From Vicugna vicugna (lineage: Eukaryota), in the NCBI GenBank assembly GCA_013265495.1, contig MU058059.1:2643502-2707501 (forward strand): DNA of 64,000 nt. The letters run 5' to 3'. The notes beneath the pieces were generated by a model that worked only from the letters and a program-made list of their open reading frames with translations, did not search any database and had not been told where the DNA came from. The position numbers and the translations under genes are program-made. Each line of letters opens with the position of its first letter. Position 1 is the first letter of the stretch. Positions 36,500 through 49,689 of the stretch are shown one piece after another.

Positions 36500-36885
36500 A
36501 ACGCACAGGTTTCAGGAAGTTTTTATAAAACAACTGCTTTGTATTCTTCAAAAAGGCCAGTGTCCTGAAAGGAGAAAATTCAGAGATTGTTCTAGACTTG
36601 ATACTAAAGAAACATGGCGAGTAAGTGCAGCGCATGCTCTTTGATTGATTCTCGAGCAAAACAAAATAACAAACAAAAAAACCATAAAGGACATTACTGG
36701 AATGATACGGAAGTTTTGAATGTGCATATGCATTAGGTAATATTTTGGAATCATTGTTAGATTTCTTGAGGGTAGCAATAACACTGCGGTTATGTAGAAT
36801 TTCTCATTCTTAGGTGATACATGCTAAGTATTAGAGGTAAATTGTCATAATATCTTCAACCGACTTTCAGATGATTCTGAAAAGT
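36500..36885 (+). mobile_element. Old L1MC/L1ME 3' end
   Basis: attcttcaaaaaggccagtgtcctgaaag...ataaaggacattactgg...ggttatgtagaa...ttcttaggtgatacatgctaagtattagaggtaaa. Confidence 0.7.
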
Positions 36886-37468
36886 AAGTGTACATATTAC
36901 GTGTTTAGCAGGCTCATGTAACTTGCAAAGATTCATTCTTGTCATTGCTGCTTTCTTGTGAAGGCATGAAAGATACTTTTCTAAGTTAACTTTCCTACTG
37001 AAAAAGAAGAGATTTTTCTTGCACCCTGTGAGGCAAACTAAGGGGAAGCCACAGTGAGGGGTTGCAGACATCCTGTGGTCTCCCACATCCTCCACGGAGT
37101 CGCGCCTTCCATACGTGCGGAATTCAGCCACACCACATGCCAACTGTGAGAGGTTTTTCTCTGCTATTTCGTGAAAAAAATGAACCCAAGAAATTTAAAT
37201 CATTTGATGTTGAATGATCTGAAAAGGATTTCCAGCTTTTGCAATGTTAGTCTCTTGCTCGAAAGAGGAATGTAATGGGGAGGGGAACTGTGGTCGTTAG
37301 CTTGTACTTTCTTGGGGTTTCAGCTTTCATCCCCTAAATGACACTTCTTATCTGTCATCACCTGCCGTACTTTGGGATGTATTTTACCCTTTTCTTCATG
37401 GGTGTTATCAAAATGTGTGGCAAGGTAAATTATTTTTTTAAGAAACTAAATCTGAGGTTCATTTGTGC

Positions 37469-37812
37469 TTTTCTTTTTAAATTTTTAAAAAATTTTTTGT
37501 TGAACTACAGTTGATTTACAATGTTTCAGGTGTGCAATGAAGTGATTCAGCTATATATATATATATATATATATTCTTTTTCAGATTATTTCCTATTAGA
37601 GGTTATTACAAGCTATTAAATGTAGTTCCCTGTGTGTACAGTAGGACCTTGTTGTGTATCTGTTTTACATACAGGCATATATATTTGCTAATCCCAAGCT
37701 CCTAATTTATCCCTCCTCTCCTTTCCCCTTTGGTAGCCAGAAATTTGTTTTCTGTGTCTGTGAGTCTATTTCTGTTTTGTCGGTAAGTTCATTTGTATCA
37801 TTATTTTAGATT
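37469..37812 (-). mobile_element. Young L1 3' end, antisense, with internal (TA)n
   Basis: gttgatttacaatgtttcaggtgtgcaatgaagtgattcag...gttccctgtgtgtacagtaggacc...gtctgtgagtctatttctgttttgt. Confidence 0.88.
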
Positions 37813-39029
37813 TGTGGGAAGGTAAATTGAGTCTTAACATATTGAAATAAATTAGACTTTCCTTTATAAATCCATCTAGTTGTTTAGTGAAATAGTCCAG
37901 TAGGTTTTTTAATGGATATATAAATAGAAGGCAGATTAGTTTTGAAAGCACAATGCCATCTTCGAAAATACAAATAAGGGAAAGAAAAAACAATGAAGCA
38001 TCTGCCTGATGTCAGTTACAGTTTTGGGGCCGAAGTGAGGCCGCCTCAACGCGGGGCAGCATCAGTGCACAGGGTGACGAGGGACCATTTTACCTGTACT
38101 TTGCTTCACGTAAGAGTTGTCCAAAGCTGCATTTGGACTTGATATGGAAAATGACTGGATTGAGAGCAGCCTTTATAAGTAATCCTTATATGGTAACTTA
38201 AAAAAAAATTTAAACCTAATAGTTCCCATTACATGACACCAGAAAATTTTGAGAGTTTGTGTGCTCTTGTTTTCCGTCCAGTGTATTAAGATTTTAGATT
38301 GTTCTGGAGGATCTTGAGAGTGTGGAAAGAGTATGGGTTGTCAGCATTGCTGTATGCTATTTGTTTCACGTGAGTTTGCAAACAGAAAAGGATACTTTAC
38401 AGTTTAAGTTGCTGTTGGTGCTTAGTTTTGTTGTTGTTGTGTTTATCGGGTTGTTCTTACATTGTTATCAGCCAGGATGCTGTGTGGCTAAGTGATTTCA
38501 GTTTATCTAATTTCTTTGACATTTAGACAGCCATTCTAGCCTTGGGAACAAAATATGTTCATCATAAAAAAAACTAAGAATGTGATCTGATGTTCAAAGC
38601 TGAAACACTAAACTATTTAGTTAGCAGAAAGCTTTCAGAACTATGCACTTAGTATGCAAAGAAACCGTGATTTCTCACTGCTACAAATTCTGTTTCTGAC
38701 CATAAAAGGAAGATATGTCAAGTTTAACCATTTGATACACACAAAAAAGGAAACTGCGTTGAACCACGTTGCGGGGGTGGGGGTTCTCCAGACTGAGGTC
38801 CCTGTTACTCTCCTACATGCATGTGTGACCTTAGGGTGTGTCTATATGATTTCATTTTGAGAACTGTTTACCAAACATGCATAGCAGATGGTTTCCATTA
38901 CCAAGAGTAGACTACACTAACTTCTTTGGATCTGCTTTCTTTATTCTTTTGTTATATATTCAACCAGTTATGTGCTTTATAATTTTCAATATTTTGGCAT
39001 TTTAGAATATGCACAGCAATATGCACATA

Positions 39030-39539
39030 TGGACATCTCCGACTTAGGGCAGTTCGACTTAAAATTGTTCGACTTTACAATAGTGTGAAAGCAATGGGTA
39101 GAAACCATCCTTTGAATCTTGAATTTTGATCGTTTCCTGGGCTAGCGGTACATGGTAGGTTACTTTCTCATGATGCTGGTCGGTAGCAGCGAGCCGCAGC
39201 CCCCCGCTGGCCACACGGTCCCAAGGACAGGTAACCCACATAGTTAGAGCCATTCTGAACCCAGGCAGACATTCTGTTTTTCACTTTGGGCACGGTATTC
39301 ATGTATTACATGATATTCAACACCTTATTATAAGATAGGCTCTGTGTTAGATGACGCATTTGCCCAACTGCAGGGTAATGTAAGTGTTACATTATATGGT
39401 AACTTAGATGTTGAATTCAGGTCAGGCCAAGCTACAGAGTTCGGTAGGTTCGGGGTGTTAAACGCATCTTCGACAGACAGTATTTTCACTTACGATGGGT
39501 TTATCGGGATGCAGCTCCACTGTAAGTCCGGATGATCTA
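39030..39539 (-). mobile_element. Tigger4 (Zombi/MER46-family) non-autonomous DNA transposon
   Basis: TA flanks (39028-39029, 39540-39541); degenerate TIRs tggacatctccgactta / taagtccggatgatcta; ttacgatgggtttatcggga, tattcaacaccttattataagataggct and tttgcccaactg match the recalled Tigger4 consensus. Confidence 0.82.
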
Positions 39540-40259
39540 TACAGTTATATCTGGAACGATCCATTATGCTTGAGTTGTAAAGATAATTTGACACATCCAC
39601 TGTGTTCAGTGGGTATCACGTCTGCCAAAAAATATTTGCATTTGCACACGGCTGGCTTTCATACGTAATCACTTACTTGTTCATCTCGGGACATAATGTC
39701 AGCATGTACTATGTGACATCAAGTAATCTCATCTGGATGCACAATGAATTTCTATTATCTAAGAGTTATTTGTATTTGATGACATTTTCCTTCTTTGGGA
39801 AAATAGATTTCAGGAAGAGGAAAATGGCAAAAATCTTTTTTTAAATCAGTGCTTTTTGCTTGCTGATTTGTGTTTGCGTTGTGGGAGGTTTGGAGTGCCC
39901 AACGATTAGGGTCATTGTTTAGTGGCAACGTGCTAAGCCTGTGGAGTGTGAGAAATGGTTTTTTGCCTCACGGCTCTCATAAGACATTATACATATTGAA
40001 ATGTAATTAAATGAGACAGGATGAGATCAGGATAGTGACTGCTTTGGAGTTCAGAGAAGAGTGACCTCATCATGGACCAAAAGATTAGATGCATCAAAGA
40101 ACCCAGCCTTGAAGGATGGGAAAGAATGGCTGTCAGGGAGGCAGGGAGCAAGTGCACCATGAGGGATCAGTGGAGGCAACAAAAGGCTTCCATCAGGGCT
40201 GAACATTTCGTAACAAATGGCTGATGCTCTTATTGTAACCCTTTCAGATCCATGAACGA

Positions 40260-40930
40260 TGCACTAAGATTTTAATAGAAAAATGAGCAAAGGTTATGAA
40301 TAGTCAATTCATAGAAGGGGAAATGCAAATGATCAATATGTGTGTTAAACACTGTGCAGCTTATCAGTAAGCAATGAAATGCAAATCTAGAAAGTAAAGT
40401 ACTCTTTGTCTTTCACTCCAAATTGACAACTAACCCACTAGGGTATGGTAAGAAGGGTGTCCCCATGCATTTTCTGGGGAAACTAGAAGTGGGTACAGAT
40501 TTTTTAAAGCAGTTTATAGTTTGTAACACTGCTGTTTCAAATGGACATGCCAATTAGTCCACTGCCACTTAGAATGTTTTCTAAGGGGATTTTCACGTTT
40601 ATAGGTAAGGATAGTCATTACACTATTACCCATGACAGTGGAACATTTGGAATCTGGCTACATTTCCAATAGACATAATTAAATAAATGTCATTTTGATT
40701 AAGTATTGTTTAGTCATTAAAACCTGTGTTTAAAAATAATTAATAGCATTTGGAGGTCATAGAAATAAAGGGTAGAGAAAAACCAAAATTTCATTCACAA
40801 TTAATATGTGTGGAAAAAACACTGGATTGAAATATCCTGAGCTGTTAGCAGTTATTATTCTGAGTGGTAAAATTATGAGTGGTTGTATTTTCTTTAACCT
40901 CTGTATTTTTTGTTCATTGAAACTGAATTA
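40260..40930 (+). mobile_element. Ancient L1ME-type fragment
   Basis: aatagaaaaatgagcaaaggttatgaatagtcaattcatagaaggggaaatgcaaatg...gaaatgcaaat are ORF2-end motifs, followed by degenerate 3' UTR. Confidence 0.65.
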
Positions 40931-41087
40931 TTTTAAGGAAAAATATATTAAACTTTCACTTATCTTAACAATTTACTGAGACAGGACAAATAAGATAGGG
41001 TAAAGTCGCAAAGAGAGGACTTTATAAATCAGAAAATACCAGTGTTAATCTTTGACCAGCTAATGAAATGAAGTTGTTGAATAAGGG

Positions 41088-41133
41088 GTATGTGTGTGTG
41101 TGTGTGTGTGTGCGCGTGCGCGTGCACACGCGT
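41088..41133. repeat. (TG)11 plus CG/TG/CA alternating purine-pyrimidine tract
   Basis: gta(tg)11cgcgtgcgcgtgcacacgcgt read directly. Confidence 0.95.
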
Positions 41134-44100
41134 TAGTGTATCGTAAGGAAACGTTTTGTTGGAGACGGTGCTGAGGGAAGTCTGGGTCTTGTCCACAGTC
41201 TGGGGGCTCCAGAGACACTGAAAGGCCAAAAACGTTAGTGGGAGTTGGAATAGGGTGGGAATTGATGTACAGGGTCGGCAGGAACCAGTGTTGTTTGAAA
41301 AACTGAAACATAGCAGAGACTAGAAAACTGCAGTGGCACCCATCTTGCAGAGGAAGAGCAGGGGCTATTCTAAGAAACCTCTTGCCATGTGTTTATGCAC
41401 AAAATGCATTCAAATGACTTTGTAAGTTGTAAGAATTCAGGTGCCCTTTTCGGGGTCATTTCTGGGCCCCCCCCCACTTGGCCTGACCTGCCAGCAGTCA
41501 GCCTGGCATGGTCACATCTCAGGAGTGTGGCAGCATCAGGGACTGGGAAGTGATTCTGGCCTGCATTTCAGAGACATCCGTGGCTCCTGAATAATCACCA
41601 TCAAACATCAGCAAAATCCTCTACACAGATGAGTGAAGATGTCCCTTTTCATCGAAAGTCTACCATTTACCTGTGTGTTTACTACAAAGGGGTAAAAGAA
41701 AGAACCCAGCTAATGATTACTGTGCATGTTGCCAAATTAAATACAATTTAAAACGTTCAAATAGATAAAAACTAAAGGGAAGTGAAAATCTCAGTATAAA
41801 ACATAATTTTCGCTTCTAGAGAATGTGTATAAATGATAAATCGAGAACGAATAGCCGAATAAGATGAATTCTAGTAATTGTACCCTTATTTGGGTTTCTG
41901 TCTTTCACAACACACAGTAAAATTCATAGTAAAGAATATAACCCTCAGAAAGCACTTGGCAATTTAGAGAGGCATTTGAGTATCTGATCAACAGGTACTC
42001 AGAATTCTGAATTACGTCTAAAATCCTCAAGCGTTACGTCTGAGAGGAAGAACAGGAAGAGCCAAGCTCATGGGGATAGGGTCAGGACACCAGGACGCGG
42101 TCTGTTCACACTCCTGCTGGTCTAGACTCACCTGTGCCCCCCTCATTCAGTGTAGCCCTCTTATGGTCCAAGTGAGTTATTTTAATCCTCCGGGACTCAC
42201 ACTTACACTGGCTGGTACTTAGGTACATGCTGAACGTGTGTCTCTTCATTCATTTAACAAACGCCAAACGAGCAGCCATGAGCCTTGTTCCAAGTTCTGG
42301 AGAGCAGAGCAACAAAATTTCTTCTCTTGGGAGGAGACAGCACACCCTGTCCGGCCGGCCTCTGACCGGAGACGTCGTCGTTGGCCTCCTGGTCGCCATT
42401 CTTTCGATTCTTCACCAATGACCAAGCTCAGTCACAGAAGAGTTCTGGGATTCAGGTTGCTGTCACCCTAGTTCATGCTACTGTGGATGGGGTTCAACTG
42501 CAATGGGCATTAGTCCTATCACACTGTAAATTCAGGTCCAGAAAATGGTGGAGGCAGAGAATTCCCAGAGCCACTCGGATCCTCCCACATCGACGTGCCA
42601 GGCCCCTCCCCGCCCAGAGGGGCTATGGGTGGCGGCAGCCGGTTCGTCAGGAACCAGGGTCCTGAGAGCACAGCCCCTCACAAAGGGTGTGCGCAGGCTC
42701 TTAGTCATGCAGACGGCAGGTCTGACTGTGGTCACTGGGTGACATTATGATCCCTGGTTTCCTGTAAGAAAAGGTCTCGTAAAGGGTCTGCTTCTGTCTG
42801 GTGGTGCATTTGTAGTGAGCCAGTGATGCCATTAACCTACAGTAACGTTGGGTACCAGTTTCTGGACCACAGCTCTGGAAGTGTGAGCGACGGCTGTTTC
42901 CAGTTTCATTATTAACTTGTTGTCAAGAGACGGACTTGGTTATTATCCAGGATGGCAAAAGAAAAGCAGATTGCATTAAGTGATAATTTTGTGTATTTTA
43001 GTGTTCTATGCTTTATCAGTTGAATTTTCTTCTTATCCGCAGTGACTCTGTCTCTTTGAACTTTTAAATGCTGCCTTTAATTGAGTTTTCACTAGTTGGT
43101 TTGTATTTTTTCATATGAAATTCAGGACATCCTTGTTAATGATTTAAGTAAATTTCTTCACAGGACCAAGCTTGATTTTCTGTGACTAGCACCATTTTGA
43201 CCAACTCATTGATCCCAGTAAATAGAATGAAATTTGAGAGTTATGCTCTAAAAGTATACCTGCCCTGCCACCAGAACTAGGCTTCTGAAAAATCATGTGT
43301 TAGGAAAATCCATGGTTGAGGAACAAATGGAAAGCAGTGGGGAGAGGTGACTTGTGACATCCCTAAAAGAGTGCGTCTCCAGTCTGAAAACTGTAACAAT
43401 GAAGTGCCACATAAATGGGCCATCAACTGCATAATCATATTTTAACACAGTAATAACCAGGATTACATACTAACTGTCATTTACCACCTCTTGCTTGATA
43501 GAAGCTTTTCGAGATCTTCCATTCCCAAAATTTTGAGAAGATGCTTATTGACGCATTTCCCCTGTTCCGGGAATTAGGCCTGTTAAGAGCCGTTGTCCCA
43601 CGTGTCTGGCTATGTAGACGACTGTTCAAAGCCTGTCTGATTTTAAGGCTCAATTTTTCTCTCTTTATTCTAATTCCTCGCCCAAGTCCTACCTTGTGCT
43701 ACTTACTTGGTTCACTGCGCTGCAGAGTAACTTGGCTGCTCTGAATGAGAAAGGCTGGGAGGAACCTTTATGTAACCCACACAGCGTGCTTCAGGTAACC
43801 TCTCCCTTCTCCCAGGAACCATGATGACTTCGCCTCGGCTGAAGCCCATGCCACGGGCTGGCTCCTCCTCACAGGAGAGCGCCCCATCTCCCGGCTTTCA
43901 TCCTCATTTTCCTTCACGTTGACTAGTTTTGTTGCGAAAACCCCTATTTCTGCTCCATCTTTCACTTGACCTTGGTTTCCTATTTCTGACCCCAGATCTC
44001 TGTCTCTGTGCTCATTCCTGATAGGTTTGTCTGGCCTTTCCAGTCCTCTGCGTCTGAAATTCTCCCAGGGACGTCAGAGTTTTGGCACTAGAAACGTAGG

Positions 44101-44689
44101 TGCCCTCCCATTTTGAATAAAGAGAATTTGTGGTTGAAAAGAGATCACGGTAGCCCATTTTAATTGACTTCAGTAAATAAACAGCACTTCATTTCTAGAG
44201 CCACAGAGAACAGAGCAGCAGCTCAGATACGTGAAACCTGCTATCATTCTCTCCTGATACCCTGTCAGGTAAAGAAAGCTCATTCTGCTGACTTCTTTCC
44301 TTCTGATACTTTTTCTCTGAATCCGTGTAATCCTGTTGATAATATACTTGATTTAGTTTGTTTTCAATCATTTTTCTTGTTTGGAGGCAGGATGGTTTGT
44401 TTTGTTTTGTTTTCTGAAAGGTTAAGTCTCTCATTCAGTTACTCTTTTCCAAAATGTTGTTTTTTAAATCCCAGGTCTGTTTTGATTCTGTTTATTTTTT
44501 TTTTGCCCATCTGGCTTACAGACCGTCTCTGAGTCAGATAGTGACATGTTGTTTCCATGGGCAGGCCTAAGCAGTTTGAGGCAAATTACAGGCATCTCGT
44601 AGAAGGGGATGTTCTTTTTTACAAAGAGCTGGCAAAGACTTTCATTTGAAATACGGTGAACTGGTGGCTGCTGGGGTCCGTCAGGAGCT

Positions 44690-45200
44690 CCCAGGGAGCT
44701 CCTCCCCGGCAGCGGAGGCGGCGCGCTCGGGAGGGCGGGCGGCTTCGCGCTGCAGAGCGGGCTACGAGGCTCGTGCGCGCCCCCGCGGGAGGGGCTGGCC
44801 GGCTTTTCTCTCCAGCCACCGGTGTTGCGTAGGGACACGGCTTTGTGTGGACTGTCTGGCCCTCGGGCCACTTGGAAGCCTTCTGCCGTGGCAGTATCCG
44901 TCCCTCCCCTTTCATGCTGTGGCGCGGTTAATCATATTTACACATGCATTTCTCTGGGCTGTGAGGCGCCCGTCCACGCGGGGACGTGCAGGCTTGCCGT
45001 TTTCTGAAGTGCATCACTTTATCGTTGGTTTAGCCCGAAATTGCAGCAGCGAATACGTTTCCTCCTGGGATTGGAGTGTAAAATAGGGGAAGCAGATCGA
45101 GGCTGGCAGTGACTGATGACGCCTCTGCAGAAGTCGGCACGTCGGGGCTTCGGCGCATGCACGCCGCAGCCTCTTTGAGATCAAGGCGTTGCTCCCGTTC
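44690..45200. promoter_or_regulatory. Small orphan CpG-rich island-like region
   Basis: Dense CpGs (ggcagcggaggcggcgcgctcgggagggcgggcggcttcgcgc...gtgcgcgcccccgcggg) with a GGGCGG box; no repeat signature; function inferred. Confidence 0.45.
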
Positions 45201-46996
45201 CCTCCTGAGCCCAGCTTGGAAGGGGGGAGGGGACTTAAATATTCCTCCTCCTTGCTTTGTAAAGACATCAAATTCAGAGTATACAAATGTGTTACATTAC
45301 TGATAATTCCCAGCTAGCTTCCTTGTTTAATGAGCCATTTCAGCTGCCTGAAGGTATTGCACATACAATAATTTTAATCAGTCACATAAAATTTATGAAG
45401 CTGAGATCTCAGTGAAAATTAGCATGAATTAGAACAGAGATTCTCGGAGGACTCCAGCCTCTGGCCACCTCGTTCCACCGGTAGTGTTCTGGAAAGGGCT
45501 CTGTGTCGCTGGTGGCCGGCCAGACGACCACCTTGCTCGCTTCAGAGCCTCAATCCACAGGACTGTGGCTTCGTTGTTGTTTTGTTTTTGCTTGTGGTCA
45601 GTATCTGCATGTATTTCCATAAGTCCCTTACACAGACACACCTTTACTTCAGAAAGTTCCAGAGCAATTCCTTTATTTCTCTCTTGAAAGGCTTTATTTA
45701 AGCTTAAAATGGTTTCCGGAACCCACAGCACAAGCATCCTGTGGCACCGGCTAGATTACACCCATACAGTTTGCTTGGCGCCTTTAGAAATGTGCTCTGA
45801 AAGAAACCGCTGCGCTCCCCCTCTTCGATTCATCTCTCAGAGCCTGTGCCCACACGGAGAGCAGCAAGATTTGTGTTTTCCAGCTCATTAAACTGACAGC
45901 AGAAATTAGTTTGCGGTATTAAAAACTAAAAAGTTAAATTACAGCTACACGTGTCCTTTACGCAGTGGGGCATGGGGAAGATGGTTGATTTTAATGTTTG
46001 CCATAATGGAGAATTTAAATTACAATGTTTGTCAAATCTCTAATCTTTGTTACAGAGTGGAATATTAATTACGCTTTTAACTACGAGAGGTAAATAAAAT
46101 GGGCATCTAAGGCCCGCCCAGGGGTAAACTGCAGATTACCCACAACATGACCGAACGCAGTAAATGTCAGTTTTGTCAAACAAATTTAGAGGAGCAGTTA
46201 AACTATTAGCTTCCTGTTGTTCCGGGGTCTTTCTTGCAGCCGGCGACTGGGAGCAGCGGGACACTGCACTGTGTGGAGGACTAAGCGGGTTAAATTGAAT
46301 CAGGAAGATGAATGAGGTGACGGCACCGCAGCCACACTCAATTAGTTGATAACTGTCGATTAACTTCTGTAGGTGGTTTTGAATAAACAGCCGATTAACT
46401 GTTGCATTTTGGAGGGACTTGGGGAGCCGGTGCATGGGGCAGTGGGGTGCTCGTGGGAAGGAAATTTCCCGGCTCTCGTTTTTCCCTGTCTTGGACTTTC
46501 GCCGTTTTGCACGGAAGTGTCAGGAGAGGCCACCAGAGTTTTCTGTGGGTTTAGAGGAAAAGCACTGAGGAATGGTCCCACCCTGGTGTTTCTCTTGGCG
46601 GTTCTTGTCTGGAATCACAGCGTGATCTGCGATGCTCTGCAAACAATAAGCAGGATCCAGGTCACTGGGAACCCGTCCTTGGGAAAAGAGCACTGTCCCT
46701 CCGTTCTTAGCATTCAAGAAGAGGAAAACTTTCCAAAAATGACCAAAGCCAGGATTTCCTCTGGCTTGCTCAGGGTGTGGAAGGGGCGCTGAGCCAGGGA
46801 GTCCTCACCTCATAGGCAGCTGGATGTAGCCTCTCGGGGCGGTGATGGCAGCCTTGCCTCCCGAGAGTGTGTCTTTCCTCAGCTCGGGTTTGTGCAGGTT
46901 CTCATCTCATGCTCACTTTTTGCCACCTGGAGGAGGCATTACATGGTGTGCTCAGTAGGTTACTCCCAAGAAGAACTGCACGTTTTGATATGAAAT

Positions 46997-47483
46997 TGTT
47001 GCAGGAAAATGGGGCTCAAGGATGGTCTTGTCCCAAGTCTTGGGTGAGCCCTTGGGATGTGCCCCACAAATAAGGGTCCTTGGCTTTGTGAAGGAAAGAA
47101 TTCAAGACTGAGCCATAGTAAAGTGAAAGCAAGGTTATTTAGAGAGATACACATTCTAAAGACAGAATGCAGGCCGGGGTGCGGGGGTGGTTAGTTTTTA
47201 TGGGCTGGGTAATTTCATGTGCTAACAAGTAGGAGGACTATTCCAACTATTTTGGGGAAGGGGCAGGGGTTTCCTGCATTTGGGCCCCCACCCACTGTTG
47301 GCCTTTTATGGCCAGCCTCAGAGCTGTCATGGCGCCCGTGGGTGTGTCATTTAGCAGCTAATATATTACAATGAGCATATAATGAGGTTCAAGGTCTACT
47401 GGAAGTCGAATCTTCCACCATCTTGGGCCCAGTTGGTTCTAATCGGTTTATATCATATCCTGAGTGCTGTGTCATTCTTTTTC
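46997..47483 (-). mobile_element. ERV1-class LTR (partial)
   Basis: Starts tgttgcaggaaa; ggaaagaattcaagactgagccatagtaaagtgaaagcaaggttatt...gctgtcatggcgcccgtgggtgtgtcatttagc...ccatcttgggccc are typical antisense ERV1 LTR motifs; far end not resolved. Confidence 0.7.
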
Positions 47484-49689
47484 AATATGCATGTCAACTT
47501 GCTTTTGGGGGCATGCAGACATTATGTAATGCAAGCCATTTATTTATCAGAATCCTTGAAAATAGCACAGCTTGTCATAAAATACTCTTGTTTTTTGTTG
47601 TACACACACACACACACAGGGATTCATTTTTCTTTTGCTATTTTGAAAAAGCTAAGAAATTTATACTCGATGCTCTCACTGGCCACACTGGGGCACTCCC
47701 CATGTGGAAATGTCCCATTGGGACAATTGTCAGGGGAGAGTCAGGAAAAAAACCCAGCAAGCAGTGGGGAAGGCAAGGCCAGAACTGGCGGAGTTTGTGC
47801 AGGGGAGGCGGTGGGCGGTCTCCTCTGGTTGTTGCTGTTTACCCCGTGAACTAACAAGTACTCCTCTGACAGAGGAGAGGGAGGGACCGACGGAGGTGAC
47901 AGAGATAAGAGAAAATGGAAAATCCGTTTTCCTAAAATGTGCTCACTGTTTTATTATTCCCTGCTTGGCATGATGTTTCTTATCCAAGTGTTATATCTCA
48001 ACCTTGCAGCTTCCCCTCCAAAGCCTTCCACAGAATGACTCCAGACCTTCACTATAGGCAGCTCAGACCCCATGTGTTTCGCTAAAAGTTGGCTGACAAG
48101 TTATAAACGCTGAAATGCACAGCCATGTGATAGTAATTGTGAGAATTATTCTGTTTTCTCAGAATGAAATGTTAAGGGAGCTTCAACTCAGTGGCCTTGA
48201 ATTGCTGGGTCAAAATTCAACCCATCTTTCCAGTGGACATTGTAGCGAGTCGTTTTCAACTCTATCCATCTTAATTTAAGTCTTAAATAGTACGGACGTT
48301 TTTCATGGGATTTTTGTAGCTCTCTCCATCAATGGGAGAATGAAAGGCTGAATGTTCTCCTTGTGACTCAGGGAGCAGACTCTTCACAGTAGTACCTCCC
48401 TGCACACAGCCACCAGACAACCCAAAGTTCCAGGGGTGAGAAGGAAGCCTGCCTGTGACTGAGGATGGCTTGGGCCATTTTTGCTGTTCCCTCCACCCCC
48501 AGGGGTCTTAACTCAAGACTGCTCGAGCTCACACTGCTCAAGACAACGCCTCACACAGTCTGCAAACTGCGACTTACGTCACATGTCGCTGTGTGTCTGC
48601 TGCCGTGCCATTTAATGAGGAGGAGGGTGGGTGTTTTATAAATTACACAAAGCCACACATCTCTTCTGTATGTGTAGTACATGCAGGGGAGCTGTCGAAT
48701 CCCTCCTGCACGTGTCTGACCCCCCTTAACTCTCGGACGTGAGGAACCCCAGAACATGGCACAGATTCGCTGTGTTTGAATTAGTTGAGGGGTGGGGGGG
48801 GGGCGGTCCTTCTCTTTCTTCAGAAATCAAGAGAAAGTGCAGTACCTGCTGGGTGCGTAGCCCCTGGAGGCTGCCAGCGCCATTTGCAGACAGCGCCCAG
48901 ATAAGCAGATGGCTTCTTCAGTGATTAAACCCAATTTTTCTAAAATGCTAATTAGTTAGAGAAAGATAATTTGAAAGTCTGTCGTACATTGCAGGAAGTG
49001 TCTTTCATGTCTGCGTTATTTGCTCCTACAAATCACACACTATCACCTGAGTTGGCTCAGTTTCTCCCTTTTTATTTAAATCATGTGACTCTTCAGTTAT
49101 CAGAAAAGGGGACAGACAGTTAATGAGGGGAAGGAAAACCCCCCTTTCAGGATGAAATGTGCAATTAAAAGGCAAGCTATCTTTCTGTTTTCAGAAATCA
49201 GCCCTCTTGTTCCTTTTGAACTCCATTCAGAACTGTCACTCCGGTGGCTTCGGATGGCAAGTGCATCTCAATTCAATTTTTCTATGAGTTTCCATCAAAA
49301 CACAGAAAACCCAGTTGTCCCAATGAAAGTTAGTTCTGACTCTGAGCTTGTCAGACAGGAGGGCTTGGTCGAAATGTATTGGAAAAAATGAACTAAAGGA
49401 ATGGAGACCTGGATTTTGTTCTGGTCTCCTGACTTTCAGGTGTGCGTCTTCGTTCACAACCCAGACTCAGGCATTCTGCCCTCCCTCGTTTATTGTGGAA
49501 TAAGCTATCCATCTTGTGGAACATCCCGCGTTCTGAGCGGGGCCGATGCACACGGGGTGTGTCATTTAAGGTTCCTGTGACCTGGCGCCGAATCGGGTCC
49601 AGGCTCCGAGTGTCGGCGAGAACCGTCCCGGCAGCACTTTGCACTTTGTGTCACGGTGTCGGGAGGCTCAGATGAATTAACGGGGGTTC

